The notes: a model not told the origin generated them from the sequence alone. A stretch of 64,000 nucleotides of DNA from Candidatus Bathyarchaeota archaeon (GCA_963702095.1 OY969706.1:2720001-2784000); one strand, 5' to 3'. Shown: positions 1 to 10,508, counted from the first letter of the stretch. Made by a program: numbers and translations.

Positions 1-2
1 AC

Positions 3-128
3 ATCAAACAGAACACCATAAAAGTGAAACTGACACGGCCCATCTGTGCGTTGCCAAATTCAAGGGTTGCCATCAGCAGAAAAATCACTGCAAGGTGGAG
101 ACTCATCGGATACGGACTCATAAAATAA
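3..128 (+). CDS. eif2g: Translation initiation factor 2 gamma subunit, 3' end (partial)
   Basis: Manual translation [41 protein letters not shown]; RWRLIGYG is the aIF2-gamma C-terminal signature; lies upstream of the PIN-rpoE1 cluster. Confidence 0.9.
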   Translation: MKQNTIKVKLTRPICALPNSRVAISRKITARWRLIGYGLIK

Positions 129-140
129 AAAATGTCTGTT

Positions 141-270
141 CTGCTTGCGGGTTACGCTCAAGCAGTCTGCAAGTCCCCCCTGCAAGCCTGAACCAAAAAA
201 GCAAACCACCCCAAAGTCCCCGAGAAGAAGATGAATAAGGGCAGCATTCTCTTCTTCTTAACTAGAAAAA
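141..270 (+). repeat. Dispersed intergenic element, GAA-type palindrome copy
   Basis: CTGCTTG head ... GAAGAAGATGAATAAGGGCAGCATTCTCTTCTTC TTAACTAGAAAAA; similar to 36079, 43160, 56822 and 62318. Confidence 0.85.
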
Positions 271-279
271 CAGAAACTG

Positions 280-717
280 TTAGTCTTTCACTAACCCTTT
301 CTTTAACAGGAAATCATGCGCTTTCAGCAGGGTTTCTTTGGCGTTTTTAAAAGTCAATTTTTCTAGCGCATGCTGATAGTCCAGCCAGATAAAACCAATA
401 TGCTCAAAGGATATTGTGACTTCATCAGTTTGGGATTCAATAAGGTAAAAAACAACTTCTTTGTTGATTGTTAAGCCTTGTCGCCGATAGAAGTAGCTGA
501 TGGATTCGCGGAAGCCATCTATGAATTGAGCCTCGGTTATCCCTGTTTCCTCTTGCATCTCACGTGTAACCGTTTGTTTCTCGGTTTCGTTTGGTTCCAC
601 GTTGCCTTTAACGAAGTCCCAGTGTCCTGCAGTGTAATTTAGCATTAAATAGCGAGTTTTCTCTTGATTGTTAATGTATATCACTGCGCCACAGGACTTT
701 TCACGGAGCACAATCAA
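280..717 (-). CDS. NUDIX hydrolase (Ap4A hydrolase-like)
   Basis: HWDFVKGNVEPNETEKQTVTREMQEETG Nudix box; SFEH..FIW motif. Confidence 0.9.
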   Translation of the reverse strand: MIVLREKSCGAVIYINNQEKTRYLMLNYTAGHWDFVKGNVEPNETEKQTVTREMQEETGITEAQFIDGFRESISYFYRRQGLTINKEVVFYLIESQTDEVTISFEHIGFIWLDYQHALEKLTFKNAKETLLKAHDFLLKKGLVKD

Positions 718-823
718 TCACCAATCTGCTGAAAATCATGAATTCTTAATATTTAAATTAATACCAAACTAAATCCAACTCAGCCGCATAAAACCTTTAA
801 GTCCCACAAAACAACCTTATCCA

Positions 824-1258
824 ATGGAGCCTGCCATGACGGCGTCGCCAAACAAAAGCTGCCCAATCAAAGTTATTTTGGATTCAAACGCATTGTTTGT
901 GACGCTGGAGTTTAAGATGGATATCTTTGAGGAAACCCGGCGCCTACTTGGCAGAAATGTTGAGTTCATTTTGCTCTCGCCAGTTAAAGCTGAGTTGGAG
1001 TTGCTTGCATCCAAAGAAGCATCTAAGACGCGGCGGCAAGCCAGTTTTGCGTTGCGGTTGGCTGAGAAATGCAAGTTTGTAACTGTGGAGGGCGGGGGCA
1101 AAGAGACAGACAACGTTATTGTCGAGGTGGCTAAGAACTGGGGCGCCCCCGTTTTTACCAATGATAGAGTTCTCCGGAGGAGGCTAAGAGATATAAGTGT
1201 GCCAGTGATTTATCTGAGACAAAAATCACGTCTAGACATTGACGGGTTGATATCGTAG
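824..1258 (+). CDS. PIN-domain protein (Fcf1/Utp24-like)
   Basis: VILDSNAL, V.AEL, FTND..LR..L motifs; conserved position upstream of rpoE1. Confidence 0.85.
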   Translation: MEPAMTASPNKSCPIKVILDSNALFVTLEFKMDIFEETRRLLGRNVEFILLSPVKAELELLASKEASKTRRQASFALRLAEKCKFVTVEGGGKETDNVIVEVAKNWGAPVFTNDRVLRRRLRDISVPVIYLRQKSRLDIDGLIS

Positions 1259-1846
1259 ATGTTCAAACTGATTACTCTTCAAGATACTATTCGCATCCCG
1301 CCCGATACCTTCGGCAACCCACTGGAGAAAGTGGGCCGCGACCAAGTAAAACAGAAGTACGAGGGCATAGTGGATGAAGAATTAGGCTACGTCATCGCCG
1401 TAACCGGCATACAAGTTAGCCCCATAGGAAAAATCATTCCAGGCGACGGCGCAACCTACCACAAAGTGAACTTTTCACTCTTAGCCTTCTACCCAATCAT
1501 ACAGGAAGTCGTTGAAGGCGACGTCGTGGAAATCGCTGATTTCGGCGCATTCGTCCGCATTGGACCAGTTGACGCCCTACTCCACGTCTCCCAACTAATG
1601 GACGACTACATAAGCTATGACGAAAAACAAGGCGTCTTACTGGGCAAAGAATCCAAACGTAAACTGAGTTCAGGCGACCAAGTCCGCGTCCGCATAACCG
1701 CGGTTTCACTGGGCAGAGCAGGCAGCAGCGGCAAAATCGGCGTCACTGCACGTCAACCCTTCTTAGGCAAGCTAGACTGGCTCAAGATGGACCAAGGCAA
1801 AGAAGGCCAAGAAAAGAAGCTTGAAACCCCAAAAACAGAGGCATAG
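1259..1846 (+). CDS. rpoE1: RNA polymerase subunit E' (Rpo7)
   Basis: IRIPP, IIPGDGATY, S1 domain FGAFVRIGPVDALLHVSQ, RQPFLGK. Confidence 0.97.
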   Translation: MFKLITLQDTIRIPPDTFGNPLEKVGRDQVKQKYEGIVDEELGYVIAVTGIQVSPIGKIIPGDGATYHKVNFSLLAFYPIIQEVVEGDVVEIADFGAFVRIGPVDALLHVSQLMDDYISYDEKQGVLLGKESKRKLSSGDQVRVRITAVSLGRAGSSGKIGVTARQPFLGKLDWLKMDQGKEGQEKKLETPKTEA

Positions 1847-1859
1847 AGGAGAAAATTAA

Positions 1860-2045
1860 ATGAGTGAAAAAGCATGCACTAACTGCCATTTCATAACCAA
1901 AGAGAACGTTTGCCCCAAATGCAGATCCACAAACTTCAGCGAAGACTACAGTGGCTTAGTTGTTATGTTTGATCCTGAGCACTCTGCCATCGCTAAAGCC
2001 ATGAACATCAAAGAAAAAGGCAGATACGCGCTTAAAGTGCGTTAA
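1860..2045 (+). CDS. spt4: Transcription elongation factor Spt4 (RpoE2)
   Basis: KACTNC..CPKC zinc finger, GRYALKVR end. Confidence 0.95.
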   Translation: MSEKACTNCHFITKENVCPKCRSTNFSEDYSGLVVMFDPEHSAIAKAMNIKEKGRYALKVR

Positions 2046-2096
2046 CACGGTAGCTTCTTAAGCTATCTGATGCTTTCTATTTTGGCGGGTCAACAG

Positions 2097-2624
2097 ATGA
2101 AAGTAGCCTACAATCTTACGCCGAGATTACGGGTTTTTCTCAAAGAACCATTCGGCACACTGATCGAAGGCACCCCACAGGTAACCATGGCAAAACTCAG
2201 AGAGAGGATACAGAAAGAAAAGCCGCCAGAGTTGATTTCGGTAGGCGATATAGTTTCCCAAAACCTCCATGGAAGCGGCTTGAATCCACAGCTAACAGTA
2301 GTCGACTACATTTCGCTCCGAAACCAAGCCATGCCAAAACAGTCCCCAGTAGAAAAAACAGTTTACGTGCAGAATCCTCAGGGAGCCATAACTGAGGAAG
2401 CCATCGGAGTGATCGAGGAGGCTTTGCGGTCGGGTGCACATACCCATGTTGTGGTAGAGGGGGAAGAGGACTTGCTTACTCTTATCGCGGTTTTGTATGC
2501 GGCGGAGAACTCTTTTGTGGTTTATGGGCAGCCTCATTGTGGCATAGTAGTCGTTAAAGTGTCAAATGAGAAGAAAGCTCAGGTAAAAGAGTTCCTAAAA
2601 GAGATGAAAGCTTCGAAAAGCTAA
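2097..2624 (+). CDS. GTP-dependent dephospho-CoA kinase (DUF359)
   Basis: LKEPFG, VGDIVS, NPQGAIT, VEGEEDLL, YGQP motifs; start placed at ATG 2097. Confidence 0.88.
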   Translation: MKVAYNLTPRLRVFLKEPFGTLIEGTPQVTMAKLRERIQKEKPPELISVGDIVSQNLHGSGLNPQLTVVDYISLRNQAMPKQSPVEKTVYVQNPQGAITEEAIGVIEEALRSGAHTHVVVEGEEDLLTLIAVLYAAENSFVVYGQPHCGIVVVKVSNEKKAQVKEFLKEMKASKS

Positions 2625-2668
2625 ATAAGAAGAATACTGTTTGAATTTACGCCTTAAAGTGAACGTTA

Positions 2669-2980
2669 ATGCAGATCAAAATAGAATCAACCAAGCAGAA
2701 TCCGCTTCTCAAACGGACAGAGGTAGGTTTCACGATAATTCAGGGTCCAAAAGAGAAAACGTCCCCCCGGTTGGAAGCTAAGAAAGCCGTTGCCGTAGAA
2801 ATGAAGGTTGGCGACGACGTCGTTGTCATCAAACACATGCGCACCAAAACAGGAACCAGCATCACAGTGGGAGTTGCCAACGTCTATCAATCCGTTGCTC
2901 AAGTTAAACTAGTGGAACCCGAATACATTCGCAAACGGAACAGTCCACCAGAAAAACCTAAAGAAGAGGCGACCGCATAA
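2669..2980 (+). CDS. rps24e: 30S ribosomal protein S24e
   Basis: NPLLKRTEV, G.ANVY, EPEYIRKRN; synteny. Confidence 0.93.
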   Translation: MQIKIESTKQNPLLKRTEVGFTIIQGPKEKTSPRLEAKKAVAVEMKVGDDVVVIKHMRTKTGTSITVGVANVYQSVAQVKLVEPEYIRKRNSPPEKPKEEATA

Positions 2981-3243
2981 TGGCACCAGCCCCAAAAAAA
3001 GAAGAACCAGCAGCAGCTAAACCTGCAGAAGCAGCGGCGCCAGCAAAGAAAGCCGAAAAAGGCAAAGCTGAAAAGAAACACAAAGAAGAAAGTGGCGTCA
3101 AAGCTATGTACAAAGTTGAAGGCACAAAGATTTCTCGTGCACGCCCAACCTGTGAACGTTGTGGTCCAGGCTACTTCATGGCAGACCATCATGACCGATA
3201 TACTTGCGGTCACTGTGGCTTCACACGGTACAAGCAGAAATAA
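2980..3243 (+). CDS. rps27ae: 30S ribosomal protein S27ae with Ala/Lys/Pro-rich N-terminal extension
   Basis: CERCGPGYFMADHHDRYTCGHCGFT. Confidence 0.95.
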   Translation: MAPAPKKEEPAAAKPAEAAAPAKKAEKGKAEKKHKEESGVKAMYKVEGTKISRARPTCERCGPGYFMADHHDRYTCGHCGFTRYKQK

Positions 3244-3288
3244 GCAGTTTTAAATTCTGCCTCTGCACTATTTCTCTTTTGATCAATC

Positions 3289-3720
3289 ATGCTTCGAGTA
3301 AACGTTGTTGTTTCAAGCATCTCAGCGGAACGTTACTGGGACATCCGCAAACCGGTACCGCCTATCCAGATCAACACCAACATTAACGTGGTGGGCATGG
3401 AGAAGAAGCCAGATGAATCCATAGAAGTGCCCTTTGTACTCACCATAGTTTACAACCCATCCATTGCCCAGATGACGCTGAAAGGCAACGCCTACGTTGT
3501 CGGCGAAAAAAGCGAAGTTGACAAAGTCCTAAAAGACTTTGAACAGAAAAAACCGCCTGCCCAAATAATCATCCAGTCAATCTCCAATGTCGTATTCATA
3601 GAGTCCGTACTGATTTCTCGTACCCTAAACATTCCGCCGCCGATTCCACTACCAATGATTCCTGAAGCAGGAACAAAACCACAGGGCGCAAAGCCCGAAG
3701 GCAGGGACTACAGCCGCTAA
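3289..3720 (+). CDS. Conserved archaeal hypothetical protein (possibly SecB-like fold)
   Basis: Beta-rich N-terminal half, YNPSIA..LKG.A, C-terminal LNIPPPIPLP. Confidence 0.6.
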   Translation: MLRVNVVVSSISAERYWDIRKPVPPIQINTNINVVGMEKKPDESIEVPFVLTIVYNPSIAQMTLKGNAYVVGEKSEVDKVLKDFEQKKPPAQIIIQSISNVVFIESVLISRTLNIPPPIPLPMIPEAGTKPQGAKPEGRDYSR

Positions 3721-3785
3721 AAGAAATCGGTGATTGCTGCTGGTTTAGACTCGACATGCACACCCTTTTTATTGCTTCTTGCATT

Positions 3786-3900
3786 GGTTTGCTGGGGCTC
3801 TGGAACCCGTTTAATGAAGATAAGAGTGGAAAATGCAACTAAACCATTCTTCTACAACCGCGGCTACGTTAGTTATATCCAGAACCCACTCAGCCCACAT
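3786..3900 (+). repeat. 115-bp direct repeat, copy 1
   Basis: Matches 6081-6195 with one mismatch (3795 G vs 6090 A). Confidence 0.95.
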
Positions 3901-4170
3901 GCCTTTTTCCGCTGCCAGCAATACCGATTCTCTAATTTGTTGCCGTTAGGTCGTTAGCTAATCCATTTTTGGGTATGGCTTTTTCAATGACAAAATTCGT
4001 TTTTAGATATGGAGCAGTGGTTTGTTTGAGATGTGGCTTATAGCTGGCGTTTTTGGTTTGTTATGTTAACTTTTTGTTTGGTTTTTTTCTGTGGTTAGAT
4101 TGCTTATAGGACGGTTTGGGTTTTTGGGGTGTTGGAGTCGATTTTTCGAGTGGGCAATGATAGTGCCCGC

Positions 4171-4397
4171 TTGCATTGTGCTGATCATTGCTGTTACTGC
4201 CACGCTAAGAAAGCAAATGATACATGCTTTCACACACACATCCAGTCCGGCCCCTGCATGGAACCATGTACCGCGTGTGGAAAAAAACGCATTTCTCACA
4301 CTGAAACAGACGCTAAAAAACGTTGCAACCACAAAAAGCAACCGCATTCAATTGCAGTCTTGTGGCATGCCGTAAACCGCCACCCCCACATAAAGAC
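4171..4397 (+). repeat. Dispersed 'MEPCTACG' element, copy A
   Basis: CATGGAACCATGTACCGCGTGTGG...TTGTGGC...GCCAC.CCCACATAAAG shared with 10037, 22115 and 47470. Confidence 0.88.
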
Positions 4398-4442
4398 AAA
4401 GATGATCTCAGTCTCTTAGGGGGACGCTGGAAGCAGCAAACC

Positions 4443-4495
4443 GCTGGTTGTTGTTGTGTATGGGGAGTTTTCGGCAACAACTACTAATAAAAAAA
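4443..4495 (+). repeat. Dispersed element, GTT-type palindrome (palindrome part only)
   Basis: GCTGGTTGTTGTTGTGTATGGGGAGTTTTCGGCAACAACTACTAATAAAAAAA; near-identical to 10397-10447 and to the reverse of 13945-13995. Confidence 0.85.
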
Positions 4496-4506
4496 GCCGA
4501 AGGCAG

Positions 4507-6000
4507 CTACAAGAAACCTTTGAAGCGTCTAGCCGCTGCATCCACGATTTTGAATTCAACTGGAAAACTAAAGTATCGGTGCTTCCAGCGGTACCGTGCC
4601 ATCTGATTCATCAGTGCATAGGCAAATTTGAAGGCTAAGGCGCGTTCCCTTATCCTTGCCTGAGGGTAGAAAGCAATACGCGTAACCGCGGAGATGGTGT
4701 GCAGTTTTTGGTTTTGCGCTTTTGTGTGCCAGGGCGGGTCAAAGTGAAAGACGTTGATGTTGCCCCATTCCTCCAGCGTCTGTGGCGCCGTAAACTCGGA
4801 GGGCAAAGAATCCATAACTGGACTTGGAAAAGGCGTGTAAACAAAGATCCCATAGTGCTGAGTTTTAGGGTTAATTTGGCTCATTTTATCCATTAAATCA
4901 AACGTTTCGGTTAGGTCCCCGTCGGTTTCGGTTGGCAAGCCACTCATCCATGACACGTAAGGCTCAATCGAAGGCGCAAACCGCCTCAGGTTCTCGAGGG
5001 ACTGCAACATCTCGTCAGCCGTTACATCTTTGCAAATCAACGTTTGTAGGCGCTCCGAGCCGGATTCCCCGCCAAAATCCAGTTCTACGCATCCTGCTTT
5101 CTCAAGCAACTCCAAGAAATCCTTGCTGTAGTTGGCTAAATAGTCGAATCTGCAGTTAGCTCGCCATTGCACCCCGAGGTTTCTATCCAGTAAGCCTTGG
5201 CAGATTTGTTTAACGCGGTATTCATCGACGAAAAAGTTGTCGTCTATGGGATCGATTATTTTTATGTGTGGATATTTTTGTATGACCCATTGGATTTCAT
5301 CTAGGACTCGGTTGGGACTTTTCCCCCGCCATTTGGTGTGGTTGAATCGAGAGTTGTAGCAGAAACCGCATCTGTGGGGGCAGCCACGGCTGGTTTGGAT
5401 GTGGAAACGTCCTGCTCTAAAAGACGGATACCGATCTAGGAGGAGAAGGTCATAGGGTAAATTCAAGGGTATATCGTCGAGATTGATTACTTTTCCATCA
5501 GGAGTGCTTTTGATTGTTTCGTTCACTTTATAGGTTAAACCTAAAACCTCATCTAGCGGCTGGTCTTCTAAAAGGGCGTCGGCAAGGTCTTTGACGACTA
5601 ATTCACCCTCGCCGCGAACCACTATGTCGACGTATTCGTTGCTTGCCGTTTGCTCTGGCAGCAATGTAGGGTGGACGCCGCCCCAAACGATGGGAACATA
5701 GGACGCCTGCAAACGCACGTACCTTGCAAATTCGAGGGCATATCTTATCTGTTGGCCACTCATGGCGCTTATACCCACAAAGAGGGAACTGCCGACGTTG
5801 TAGTGTCGGTAGTCTTCTAGGCGCATGTCAAGCAGGCGAACTTTGTAGCCTTCTTGCTGCAACGAAGAAGCCAAGTAGAGGAGGGCAAGTGGAACTTGAG
5901 GGTCTGAGGCACGGTATTTGCCGGGGTAGACTAGGAGAATCTCCTGATTACCGTTAGAGTTAGTGCATGAACGTGAAGAACATGATTGAGCGCTGAACAA
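4507..6000 (-). CDS. B12-binding domain radical SAM protein
   Basis: PLALLYLAS, WGGVHPT, VVRGEGE, TSRGCPHRCGFC (CxxxCxxC), DDNFF; exact start uncertain. Confidence 0.92.
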   Translation of the reverse strand: MFSAQSCSSRSCTNSNGNQEILLVYPGKYRASDPQVPLALLYLASSLQQEGYKVRLLDMRLEDYRHYNVGSSLFVGISAMSGQQIRYALEFARYVRLQASYVPIVWGGVHPTLLPEQTASNEYVDIVVRGEGELVVKDLADALLEDQPLDEVLGLTYKVNETIKSTPDGKVINLDDIPLNLPYDLLLLDRYPSFRAGRFHIQTSRGCPHRCGFCYNSRFNHTKWRGKSPNRVLDEIQWVIQKYPHIKIIDPIDDNFFVDEYRVKQICQGLLDRNLGVQWRANCRFDYLANYSKDFLELLEKAGCVELDFGGESGSERLQTLICKDVTADEMLQSLENLRRFAPSIEPYVSWMSGLPTETDGDLTETFDLMDKMSQINPKTQHYGIFVYTPFPSPVMDSLPSEFTAPQTLEEWGNINVFHFDPPWHTKAQNQKLHTISAVTRIAFYPQARIRERALAFKFAYALMNQMARYRWKHRYFSFPVEFKIVDAAARRFKGFL

Positions 6001-6080
6001 AAACCGAAAAAGCCTCTAGAAACACTATTCGAAACAGCACTATTAACCGTTACTCAAAACCGACGTCTGCACATATAGAG

Positions 6081-6195
6081 GGTTTGCTGAGGCTCTGGAA
6101 CCCGTTTAATGAAGATAAGAGTGGAAAATGCAACTAAACCATTCTTCTACAACCGCGGCTACGTTAGTTATATCCAGAACCCACTCAGCCCACAT
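6081..6195 (+). repeat. 115-bp direct repeat, copy 2
   Basis: Matches 3786-3900. Confidence 0.95.
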
Positions 6196-6262
6196 TTCTT
6201 CTTCTCTTATGCTTTGTTCCCAAAAAAAGGGGAAGGAAAATGTTTTGTTGGTTTATGCATGC

Positions 6263-8886
6263 TTATGGTCGTTTTCTAATCATCAATGCCAGTATCACAC
6301 CGACAATGACAATGACGATTATGATTGCAACGCCGATGGCAGCGATGGTCATAGTGTTATCGACAGGTTGCGCTGTTACTTGTGTTGGTGCGGGTGTTGC
6401 TGCGTCGCCTGCATAGAAAGTTGTTGAAGCGGATGATCCGTAGTACGAATTAGATCCTGCGAAGCTTGCGATAACGTTGAAGTTGCCTGAGATGTCGGGG
6501 GTCCATGTGAATGCATAGTTGCCATACGCGTCTGAAGTAGCGGTGCCGATTTGTCTAAAGTTGCCGTTTGCATCGACTACGCTGATGGTAACTGGAACTC
6601 CAGTTGTATTTGCGGGGATTGGCTGTTGCTGATAGAGGTATTCCATAAATTGACTTTGGCTTACGTCAGATACGCATGGAACGCCGTTTGGAAATAGCGG
6701 CCTGTTCTGTTTGTTGTGTGCCTGCGGATTTGTCGATTACAGTTCCCCTTATTGTTATTGGGGTAGCTGTGCTGACGCCAACATCAGGTGCGGTAACGGT
6801 CAAGGCGCTTGGGCCCTTTCCGAAGCAGTATATTTGGTCATCATATGCGTTGAGTGTTACAAGATAGCCATCAGTGACAATTGTTCCCACCTGTCCCCAA
6901 CATTCTTCTTTCCATATTTCCTGTCCGTTGGTTGCGTTGATGCAGCGAATATCCGAACCACGCCATTGGGGATTCGTTGGAGTGTGCTCAGACGAAATGG
7001 TATATATCTTTCCATCGGCAGCAGCGACTATGTTTAGGGGGTAATTGCCATAGGGAGATTCAGTGGCAGTGCCAGTAGCGGTGTAATTCCACAAGACTTG
7101 TCCGGTTGTGTCATCGTAGCAGAATAGTACTCCAGCGTAGCCAGCTGAATACATCTTGCCGTCAGCGACTATAGTAGTTAGAGCATTTGAGCCTTGCACA
7201 AGAAAATCTAAATCTGGTTGACTCGGAGTTGGACCCCATAACAGCTTTCCAGTGTTCAGGCTGTAGCCAGACCATGTCCTAGTTTCCTTGTCATATATTG
7301 TCCAGACACCGGTACTTGGGTCCATAGGTCCAAAGCTTAAGGTTTGGTTGCCTGGTGGCGCAGTGTAGTTCTGATTAAACAGTATAGTTCCTCGGTTTGA
7401 TGATTGTAGGTTTATAGCAAATACTGACCAGGGATCGTTGGTTCCGACCGTAGTCCCTCCACTTGCGGCGGGTGCCGGGTTTAGACCACCTGTACCAACT
7501 ATTTCGACGGGGTCTACGCTTGTTGGCCAGCCGTTGCCTGCTAGAACTCTTGCTATTTTTGCGGTTGAAGGTATTGAGCCTGCTGCCAATGTTATGTTCC
7601 AATCATATCCATATTTAGCTCCATCATATGTTGCATTAGGCTGAGGTCGCCAAATTGTGAGAACAACCCCAAAAGGCCCGAGAGGTGTGGTTTGAATGCA
7701 AGTAGTTGAGTTCCATTGAGCCAGCCAACCTAACGTAGTTGCAGTTGGTGCTTTTAGCACGTAAATTAATTCATTGCCCGCTTGATCTACATATCTTGTC
7801 CCTGTTGGCGCGTTATTGATTTGGCATATGTAATTGCCTGAGGAAGCATCGAACATTTGCCATGTTGATCCTGAAGTGCTCCATAAGTATGGAAATACAC
7901 CGTGTTGATTTGATGATTCATAGTTTAATTCTTGACCAAATGACAGTGCTGGCCAATATGTTGAAGCCAAGTTTGTTGCAGAAAATAACGACGGAAGAGT
8001 GCTATTCGTAAATGATAGTTTTTGCCCTGTCACCAAGTTTACTGAATACCAGCCGTTTCGTGGGTTGTTTAAGTTGTTGTAGTATAGGACGCCATTCATG
8101 ACAAATCCGTACCATCTGGGTTCATATGTTACTCCATAGAAATACTCGTTATTTCCAGCGTTTCCTCCTGCGACGGCCTCCAGCCCATATTGGGCTTGTC
8201 CACATTACGTGACCGCTCTCTGGTGCCGTTGAGTATGGGTTGAGCAGTGTTCCTGCAGCGTCGTAACCAGTTTCAATCCAATCGCCTGTGATAGTTGCCC
8301 ATTGCCTATTCATACCATTTATTGGTCGTGTCCAGTACTCTGTTGGAAGCGGAGTTTCTTGCCAAGCTTGAACGAGTTGATTCTGTACGTTTACTGAGAT
8401 TTTATCACTAATGGATGGGCCAACATAATAGTTGTAATTGACGCCATTTAGAGTTGTGTTATATGTTTGTCCGGGGAAGCTAAATTGGAAATAGTATGTG
8501 CCGTTTGTTTTAGGAACGTAGGTGGTGTAAGTCGATCCAGTTGGATCAGACGTAAATGGACCTAGTGTATCAGTGGTACCGTCTGGTTTAGTTACGTTCA
8601 ACATAAAGCCGCCTAGTTGCGGGTATGAGTATGGTGCAATATTTTGAATCCATGGAGCTGATGAGTCAAGAAGCATAACAACAAGCAGGTTTTGGTCAAC
8701 GCCTACTGGATTAGGTGTGCAGTTTATGTACGCATACGAGGCTTTGTAATAATCTATTGAAGAAGCAGCGTTAGTGTTTGGCAGTGAAATCATTGAAGCG
8801 ACTATTGAAAGCACTAGAATCATAGCAATTGCGATAGTTACAGTTTTATTTTTTGCAGAATAATTTCTTTTTATATTTTTTAACAT
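6263..8886 (-). CDS. Large secreted PQQ-like beta-propeller surface protein with C-terminal TM anchor; split into 3 ORFs by two frameshifts
   Basis: Signal peptide (8149-8886), propeller repeats (ADGKMY, TGQVLWNY), TM plus RKRP tail; frames join near 8175 (WAGG/VAGGNAG) and near 6695 (AA/FPNGVPCVSD). Confidence 0.8.
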
Positions 8887-9110
8887 TGTCTTTTTTTCCT
8901 TTTTTTCTGTAAGAAACAGATGCCCTCAATTTTACATTTAAGAAAGCGTGGTGTATCCCAAACACAACAAATTTAGTAATTTAGAATTTAAGCGCTGTTT
9001 TCTTCAAAATTAAAACAAACTTGTCACCAAATAATAATTCATTCATTCTTCTAGATAAGAGAGTCACAATTCGAAAACATTAAATAATAATTCTACAAAT
9101 TACGCGTAGA

Positions 9111-9938
9111 ATGACTAATTTAAAAGCAGATAGTAACAATGCAGAAATATTAGAAAAGATAGGGTTAACTTCGTTGCAGGCAAGAATCTACACCGCTTTA
9201 GGCTATTCAGGAAAAGAAAAAATATTAACGATCTCAAAGATAGCCAACGTAGACCGATCAAACACATATCGGACAATTCTACAACTTCAAAATATGGGTT
9301 TGGTTATAAAATTACTGGGGACACCAAACTCTTATGAAGCAGTGCCTTTGAAAGAAGCCGTCTCAACTTTGGTTAATCGCAAAAAAAGCGAATACGAAAA
9401 AACACAAAGTATTGCACAGAAATTAATCCAATCAAACTCCGAACTATTTTCGGCATCTCAAGGAAAAGAATATGAGTTTAAAATAGTTAAGAAGACCAAA
9501 GAACCGGCCAAGGAAGCAATGATTGATACATACAGGAATCTCCAAAAAAGTAATGATTACATACTCAAGAAGAAGACAGTTATTGAGGCGTATAGTGAAT
9601 TAACCGAAGAAGGATTAGCATGCCTTAGACGAGGAATAAAATTCAGAGTTATTACTGAAAAGGTAGCATCACGATCCATCCTAAAAGAACTTGGCCTTTT
9701 TATATCAGAGCCCAACTTCCAATTAAGATACATTCTCAAAGAACCCGAGGCAGAAATAGTTATCAATGACAAGAAAGTTGCCAAAATCACGCTGACACCA
9801 AATTTAGGATTAGCAGAAAAGCCGACCTTAATAACGGATCACCCAGTTGTTGTAAAAATATTCCAAAATCATTTTGACAATTTATGGAAACATGCAAAAG
9901 AGTATAATTTAGAAGAATTAAAAGGGCAAAAACCTTGA
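9111..9938 (+). CDS. TrmB-family transcriptional regulator
   Basis: GLTSLQARIY..L, wHTH VDRSNTYRTILQLQNMGLV, C-terminal PLD-like IND.K..FD.LW. Confidence 0.88.
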   Translation: MTNLKADSNNAEILEKIGLTSLQARIYTALGYSGKEKILTISKIANVDRSNTYRTILQLQNMGLVIKLLGTPNSYEAVPLKEAVSTLVNRKKSEYEKTQSIAQKLIQSNSELFSASQGKEYEFKIVKKTKEPAKEAMIDTYRNLQKSNDYILKKKTVIEAYSELTEEGLACLRRGIKFRVITEKVASRSILKELGLFISEPNFQLRYILKEPEAEIVINDKKVAKITLTPNLGLAEKPTLITDHPVVVKIFQNHFDNLWKHAKEYNLEELKGQKP

Positions 9939-10036
9939 AAAAGAGTTTGACAAGACCAACTTTTTTAAAGTTAGTTCGATTCGGTTTATTTTTTGTGACG
10001 GCCTAATTTATCTCTAATGGTTATGCTGATCCCCAA

Positions 10037-10256
10037 TTGCATAGTGCTACTCATTGTCTTGTGGAGGAAAAAAGCTGTCGATACATGCCTCTACATTCAC
10101 GCTGTTGCCGCTTCAACATGGACCCATGTATCGCGTGTGGAGAAAATCGCATATCCCACACCATAACAGTTGTTGAAAAACGTTTCATTCGCAAAAAGCA
10201 ACCGCCTTCAATTGCAGTCTTGTGGCACCCACAAATCGCCACACCCACATAAAAGA
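10037..10256 (+). repeat. Dispersed 'MEPCTACG' element, copy B (diverged)
   Basis: CATGGACCCATGTATCGCGTGTGG...CAAAAAGCAACCGCCTTCAATTGCAGTCTTGTGGC. Confidence 0.85.
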
Positions 10257-10319
10257 AAAACAGGTTGCACTTTGGGTAAGGGAGGCTAGTAGAGAAATAG
10301 TGGTTGGCTTGTGTGTCTT

Positions 10320-10450
10320 CTGCTTGCAGAATAGCCACAACTAACCAACAGATGCCTAAACTAGCCAAACCCCAAACAGGCGCCAAAACGCAGTCTGCTG
10401 GTTGTTGTTGTGTATAGGGGTTTTCTGCAACAACTACTAATGAAAAAAGA
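10320..10450 (+). repeat. Dispersed element, GTT-type palindrome copy
   Basis: CTGCTTG head ... GGTTGTTGTTGTGTATAGGGGTTTTCTGCAACAACTACTAATGAAAAAA. Confidence 0.85.
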
Positions 10451-10508
10451 AAACTGTGTAAACATAAGCATAACAAACAAGAAAGAAAATAAAAGAAGAA
10501 AAGGTTGA

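Noticed and set aside
4066-4419. Overlapping ORFs at 4066-4419 and equivalents at 10051, 22078-22400 and 47386-47791
   Set aside because: They are alternative frames of one dispersed repeat and are not called as genes.
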